Shown here: positions 58,083 through 64,000 of the stretch, one piece after another | Numbering within the stretch: the first letter of the stretch is position 1 | Layout of the letters: every line of letters begins with the position of its first letter | From: the human T2T-CHM13v2.0 reference genome, Homo sapiens | DNA length: 64,000 nucleotides | NCBI RefSeq assembly: GCF_009914755.1 | Contig: NC_060937.1 | Strand: one strand, 5' to 3' | The notes under the pieces: model-generated | What the model was told of the DNA's origin: nothing | Databases searched by the model: none | Seen by the model: the letters and a program-made list of their open reading frames with translations, nothing else | Translations under genes and position numbers: made by a program

Positions 58083-58869
58083 TGAAACGGGAAAAGCTCC
58101 TTTGTCCCCCTCCTAAGGCTTACGATGGTGGTGAGGCTTGCTTCTTCAGTGCCCCACTGCTCAAATCCCTAGGGGAAGCATGCAGACGGGCAGTTCATGG
58201 GGCTGCAACCCCACAGCAGCATCTAGGGTTGAGTGTTTATAGCTCCTGAAGTCCTAGTGGGCTGTGTTACAGTATGCTCATTCAGTTTTGCCGTCTACAG
58301 GTGGCTTGTGTTCATCAGCTCAATTAGACCCTCTAACTTATCACAAGGACAGAGGGCTTTCTGTATCCTGGGTTCTTGCCTTAGTGTATCGGAAAAATCA
58401 GACCACACGTGGGCTAGGAGGATGAGTGCAAGGTTTTATTTAGTGGAGGTAGCTCTCAGCAAGGCGGATGGGGAAGCCAGAAGGGGGATGGAGTGGGAAG
58501 GTGGTCTTCCCCTGGAGTCGGGTTGCCCAGCCGCCAGATTCTCCTCTGACCGAATTCCCGTGAGTGTTTGCATGGTTTTGCCATCAATGGCCTTCCGGCA
58601 TCTGCCAGAGTGTTCGTCTGCTGGTGTGTTCCTCTTGATGTCCAGCCACGTGTGTGTATGCCTGCTAAGGTCTTGGGGTTTTTATGGGCACAGGATGGGG
58701 GGCAGGGGGGCGTGGTGGACCCAAGTGTTCTTGGATAATGCAACATTTGGGCAGGAAAAGAGGAGTGTCTGTCCTTACATAGGTCCTTGGGCACAGGCCC
58801 AAGGGTGGAGCCCTTGCCAGGTACCCCACCCTTCTCTACTCAGCACTTCCCTGCCCCCCTCCCATATCA
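58083..58869 (-). mobile_element. ERV1 solo LTR (LTR27/LTR28/LTR1 group) with 4-bp TSD
   Basis: TG...CA termini 'tgaaacgggaaaag...cagcacttccctgccccctcccatatca'; minus-strand TATA-like and AATAAA motifs ('gtttttatggg', 'ttttatt'); TSD ttat at 58079-58082 and 58870-58873. Confidence 0.88.
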
Positions 58870-59996
58870 TTATGAACAGCAACTTTTCAGTTAAAAATGT
58901 AGCTTTGGTGATCATGATGTAATGTATTTGTAAACTGTGTCTTCTAAACTTAATTTCCTTGTTTTTTTCTCCTTCCTTCCTTTGAATTTAAATTTTACAT
59001 TCTTAAACTCATGTTTTAACTTTACTTCCTGCATATCCTTCATTTTGTTAAAATAAATAATAAGGAAAGCCCAACAGAAATAGGAATAACTAAGGAAACT
59101 AATATGGACCAAGAAGTAATTGCAACACAGATACTGAGTTATTAATTTTATATATATTATTTTATATACAACATGTACATAAAGGTTGCATTCTATTTTT
59201 AAAATTAAGAGAAGTAAAATAATAAATTTAAATGCTTCTCTAGTATGCCTAGATCTTTGTAAAAGGAAGTTATTTTAAATTCTAAATAAATATTTATTGA
59301 ATTGATACATTTAATAAAATCTCAAACATATAGAATACTATATTTTAGTATTTTAATTTTACTAAGTAGAAAATAAAAATATTGCAAGTATCTTGAAAGG
59401 TACAGTAAAACAAGCACATTGCAACAAGATAAAGATAAATGAGGAAATCAGAAGTTCAGAAAATTGGAATTAAAAAAAGCTCAAACATGCACCATCAATT
59501 TATTACTGGTCCTATTTATATTTTAAAGCTGTGCTTAAAGTTGATGTAGTCTTTCTGTTCATTTGCAGTTCCATTGTGAAAAAAAAATGAAATTTCACTT
59601 AGAAAAGATATTGCATAATTGTTTATTTTTCTGGTTTGCAATACCTTTAATATGAATATTTTCCCTACTTTGTAGCACAGGACCCAATCTTTGCTATGAA
59701 TCAAATGAAATATTGGATTTCATTCTATTAAATTTTCTTCAGATCAGGATGACTTAAGTTGCTTAGTAGTTCTTCCTTTCAGTGATGCATAATGAACTAT
59801 ATTTTTTAAAAATAACGTTATTGTCTCAGAATATTCTGCTCACAGACTGAGAAGCATCCATTAGCCAGAGAAGAATTTCTGGCTCCTGAAGAAATTTCGT
59901 TGCAGAAATATAATTGAAAAAAAAAAAACATGAAAACACTTTATTAGACACCAATCAAATGATTCTTTTTTAAAAGTTGCCTTATTTTTCTTTGTG

Positions 59997-60548
59997 TGAA
60001 GCGGGAGAATAAGGTCTGGAGGCAGGGAACCTAAGGTCGATTCCCGCTGACTTTCTAGAAATGAATGAAAAGGAAACCTCTACCTCTCCCTGCCTAGGTT
60101 ACAAAAGGATCAGAGGCAACTCCCTTTGCAACATCCCACTTTCCACTACTGTGGCAAAGGAAAAATGGAAGGTACCTCTGATTGGTCCCCTCCTGCAACC
60201 AGTCTTCATGTGCATAGGGTGTAACTTTGCAACTTCACTTCAGCCTCTCATTGGTCACCTCTTGTGCCCAGATTGGTGGTGGGCCACTCCTTCATTTACA
60301 TAGTGTGTAACCAAGCAACCAATGGGAAACCTCTAGAGGGTATTTAAACCCCAGCAAATTTTGTAACCAGCGATCTTGAGTCCCCTGCTCTAGCCTGCTA
60401 TCACTCTGTGGAGTGTACTTTCATTTCAATATGTCTGTGCTTTTCTTGCTTCATTCTTTTGTTGCTTTCTTTGTGCTTTTTATTCAATTCTTTGTTCAAA
60501 GTACCAAGAACTTGGACGACTTGTAGTCAAGACCCTCCTCTGGTAACA
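59997..60548 (+). mobile_element. MER51-like ERV1 solo LTR
   Basis: 'tgaagcgggagaataaggtctggaggcagggaacctaagg...aaccaatgggaaacctctagagggtatttaaacccc...ctggtaaca'. Confidence 0.9.
60181..60348 (+). promoter_or_regulatory. LTR U3 promoter motifs: four CCAAT/ATTGG boxes and a TATA-like box
   Basis: ATTGG at 60181, 60250 and 60272; CCAAT at 60319; TATTTAAA at 60341. Motif presence only; activity unknown. Confidence 0.5.
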
Positions 60549-61306
60549 AAAGCAGTATCAATTTTGTCATGGAGTAAATATTCAGTTTTAAAATATATTG
60601 ATCAATGTGTGCTTACTACAATTTAGAAAGGCTGCACATTAAGAAAGACCTATCTATAGTAAGATACCATAAACATTCAAGTCATTTTTCCCCCAATAAC
60701 TTACACATTTAAATAAAAATGGGAGACAGCAACACTATCACTATTAGAGAGGCAGCTGCATGTGACGTAGAAACTAGGAAATAGGGTAGCTTTTTCCATC
60801 AGACTCTATCTACAATTTAGTGTCTAATTAATTATATTTACATAAATAAGCCCTATTTGAACTCTGAGTAAAATAAGTTATCCAAAAAAAGATGTTTTTA
60901 TGACATGATTTTAATCAAAACCTTGCAAATAATATGCATGTTAGCAATAAGCTTGTTATTTATGCTGTACTTTAATAAGCTTCATCCTGTTTAAAGATTG
61001 CTATGTTGAGATATCCAAAATAATTTCAATTGCATAATGAATACCCATAGGCAAGACATTTGAGAAGTAATAAGCTGTTTATTGAATAATGAAGTGCATT
61101 AAATTCATCAAAAAATCTAGATCTCTGGTATAATAAGAGTGTCCTAAAATAATGCACCATGAAAAATTATGGGCAGTATCTACGTATTTTATGCTATGAA
61201 AAATACCTTACGCTGAAATATACAGATAATTTACCAGAAACATTTTATTGGAAGTAAAATATTTTATCTCTTTTCTAACTTTTTTGTTATACCCTGAAGC
61301 TAGTGC

Positions 61307-61372
61307 TGATCATAATGCTATGTTTTTATTCACATCTTGTGATCATAATGCTATGTTCTTATTCACATCTAG
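61307..61372. repeat. 33-bp tandem duplication (2 copies, 2 mismatches)
   Basis: tgatcataatgctatgtttttattcacatcttg / tgatcataatgctatgttcttattcacatctag. Confidence 0.95.
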
Positions 61373-61821
61373 CTCTTAGTGATGTGATCACATAATTTGG
61401 GATCTCTTAGCTTCTCTCTGCTGTAATCTACAGAAGTGTGTACAAACAACTCTTTCTGTCTTCAAGCATCATCTCAGAGAAATGAATATCTAAAGTTAAT
61501 ATTTAGCATTTTCTTCCTATGTGCTTCTGTAGTGTTTTTTTCATAGCTTGATCGTAATATTTTAGCATTTTTAATTGTAATTTTCCCTCTTTCAAATTAA
61601 ATGCAATCCTTCTTGCTATCCCAGTGTCTACCTGCCTATCAAAATGGCTAGAACGCATTAGACACTCCATAAGGATATATGGCATAAAGCTAGAAATTAT
61701 AGATTACTCTCCATCTACAAATATTTTACTATTGTTTCTTTATATTTAAAGAGTAACAACAGTCTTATATATTAGAAATACATCATCACTGCATTGATTT
61801 TGTATTCCACAATCATATGTA

Positions 61822-62410
61822 ATAATAATAATAATAGCTAACATTTATCAACTGCATGCTCCATGACAGGCACTGTGGTTAGTGCTTCACATGGATTAAC
61901 CAAGTTGATTACCATTTAAAAAGTCTGTGAAGTAAGAAAAATATATCATATCAATTTTTAAAAGAAAATTAGGCAGGGTGTGGTGGCTCACGCCTGTAAT
62001 CCCATCACTTCGGGAGGCTGATGCAGGCGGATCACAAGGTCAGGAGATTGAGACCATCCTGGCTAACACGGTGAAAACCCGTCTCTACTAAAAAATACAA
62101 AAAATTAGCCTGGCGTGGTGACGGGAGCTTGTAGTCCCAGCTACTCAGAAAGCTGAGGCGGGAGAATGGCGTGAACCCAGGAGGTGGAGCTTGCAGTGAG
62201 ATGAGATTGCGCCACTGCACTCCAGTCTCGGTGACAGAGCGAGACTCCATCTAAAATAAATAAATAAAAAAATAAATAAAAGAAAAAGAAAATCGGAGTT
62301 GCAAAGGATTATGTAATTAGACTAATGTCAAAAAAAAAAAGGACTAAAAATTTTCACAGTTAAAATTCTTTGTGATTCTGGAGACCTGTTTCTTAGCCAC
62401 TACAGTTCAA
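61822..62410 (-). mobile_element. MIR SINE split by the AluY insertion
   Basis: 'aataatagctaacatttat...caggcactgtggttagtgcttcacatggattaac' before the Alu; 'ttatgtaattagactaatgtca...ttcttagccactaca' after it. Confidence 0.7.
61972..62283 (+). mobile_element. Full-length AluY-like element
   Basis: 'gagaccatcctggctaacacggtgaaa' and 'gagaatggcgtgaaccc...ggagcttgcagtgag'; A-rich tail; TSD core aaaagaaaat on both sides. Confidence 0.95.
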
Positions 62411-64000
62411 TACCTCTATGTTTCTCTCCTTTCATCCCTCCAACCCCACCTCCCTTCCTCTTTTCCTGGCTCCCTTCTTCTCACTCCCGCTTTCTGTATT
62501 TTTCTTAGTCTCTCTGTTTTTCTTTGTTTCTCATCCATAGCTTTTACTAAACACTAAATGCATCAAACTACTGATTAATAAATTTCAGGGAGTGTTTTCC
62601 TTTGAGAATATGCAAAACTTTGAAGCAAACAGCACACGTGTTTAAAAATAGCCCTTTGGGAACAAGAGAAACAAAACAAAACAACTATGTCTTCAGTCTT
62701 GTATGAATAGAAGCAATGTATAATATTTCAGTAGTCTGGAAATCATTTAACTTGGCAACTCGAAACAGCTGGAACAGAGCTAATGATTGGAAAATAATAA
62801 AAATTGTAAAAAAAAGTTAGTGTATATATGTGATAGACATCAAGAATCTATGGACTAAAATTCTTGTACTTTACTGACAAGAGATTTCTTCAGACTGAAA
62901 AAGAAAGCAGACCATCTAGCGGGTTTTATTCATTACACAAACATAAACATAGCAACTTACTTGAATAACTGGCAAGCTAAAACTTGTCTGATGATATCAG
63001 AGCTACTTATATTTCTTATTTCCATCTTCTGTGTCTTTGTTGTTGATTAGAAAGATTTCTCTTTTCATATTAGGTTATGATCAGGTATTGCATTTTGGTT
63101 GACTGAATAAAGTCAATAGTGATATTTGTAGACTCTTCAACAGTGAAACATGATTTAAAAAATAATGCCAATATGATAGGTTAAAAAAAACTAACCGGAC
63201 ACAAATTTACCTGGGTCAAATATTTATCAGAATAAGCTTATATATAATATTAAGGAGAAATATATTGAGGTTATAACCTCAATTTATTATATCAACGTTT
63301 GCATCTGTTTTCCATAAAATTATATATGGTAATATTTTAATATTTCTATATCATATATTCTAAATGATAAAATTATGTTAAATATTAAAACATCCCTTTT
63401 TGAATATAATTATTAAACTGAATATGCTAATATTCCAGTGGTCCATTTGTCTCGTCAATGGAAGGAGCATTTAGTATGATAGCTTTTTCTGCTTCAGTTA
63501 ATAAGCAAGCTCATGCCTATGGATTTCAGAGCTCTCCAGATAAAAGATGGAAAGGTAAATGGAGGGGAACCTGATTCTTAAAATATATAGGACTAGAGTT
63601 ATCACAGCAATTGGGTATCTAGGAGGGCTAACACATGCTATGATGTTAGGATTTTTAATGATACCAATGGCTCAATTTAACTGGCATCTGAGGGACAATA
63701 CTTTCAGATAATCAAAAGGATGAAGTATTTAGCAGGCAACTATACCTAGCGGTGCTGCAAATTTGTTTCAGTGAAGGCAGGAAATTGGTGAAAGCATGGT
63801 TAGGTAGCAGGCTGCGGGTCCTGGCCTGACAAATGTCTTTTTCTTACTCTTCCTAACACATTTCCCAATATAACATTGCCAGTGTACCTCTGTTTTCTGA
63901 GCAGGTAGGGAATAGGGAATTGAAATAATGTACATAATTCTCTTAACCAAAGTATACATTTTACTATAGTTGGAAATATGTAACCTGGGCTATTTTATAG

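Noticed and set aside
58233-58922. Longest ORF in the window (229 aa, + strand)
   Set aside because: It lies antisense within a GC-rich solo LTR, starts at GTG and has no recognisable domain. Stop-poor frames are expected in GC-rich LTRs.
63480-63920. More GC-balanced unassigned segment near the window end (exon or ancient repeat?)
   Set aside because: I could not recognise a repeat family, a convincing splice-site pair or any protein similarity.

Overview
This is not prokaryotic DNA. It is AT-rich, CpG-depleted primate (human-like) genomic sequence from a gene-poor intergenic or deep-intronic region, dominated by interspersed repeats: Alu, L1, L2, MIR, MaLR/ERVL/ERV1 LTRs, and Tigger1/MER20-type DNA transposons. 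I find no supportable host protein-coding gene, RNA gene or CRISPR array. Every ORF in the track that resembles a known protein comes from decayed L1 ORF1/ORF2, ERVL pol or Tigger1 transposase; the rest are Alu-, LTR- or low-complexity-derived or look like chance ORFs. I found no new biological system. The most informative structures are: (i) two independent 5'-inverted (twin-primed) L1 insertions about 4 kb apart, each with a readable TSD and junction microhomology; (ii) a decayed ERVL provirus (LTR-gag-pol-IN) carrying a MaLR LTR plus the start of its internal sequence, in the same orientation; (iii) a ~90-bp non-repeat segment duplicated 2.6 kb away inside an old L1 and followed by an A-rich tail; (iv) several short direct/inverted/direct template-switch scars. 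Repeat subfamily names come from remembered consensus motifs, not from a search, and boundaries of old elements are approximate.
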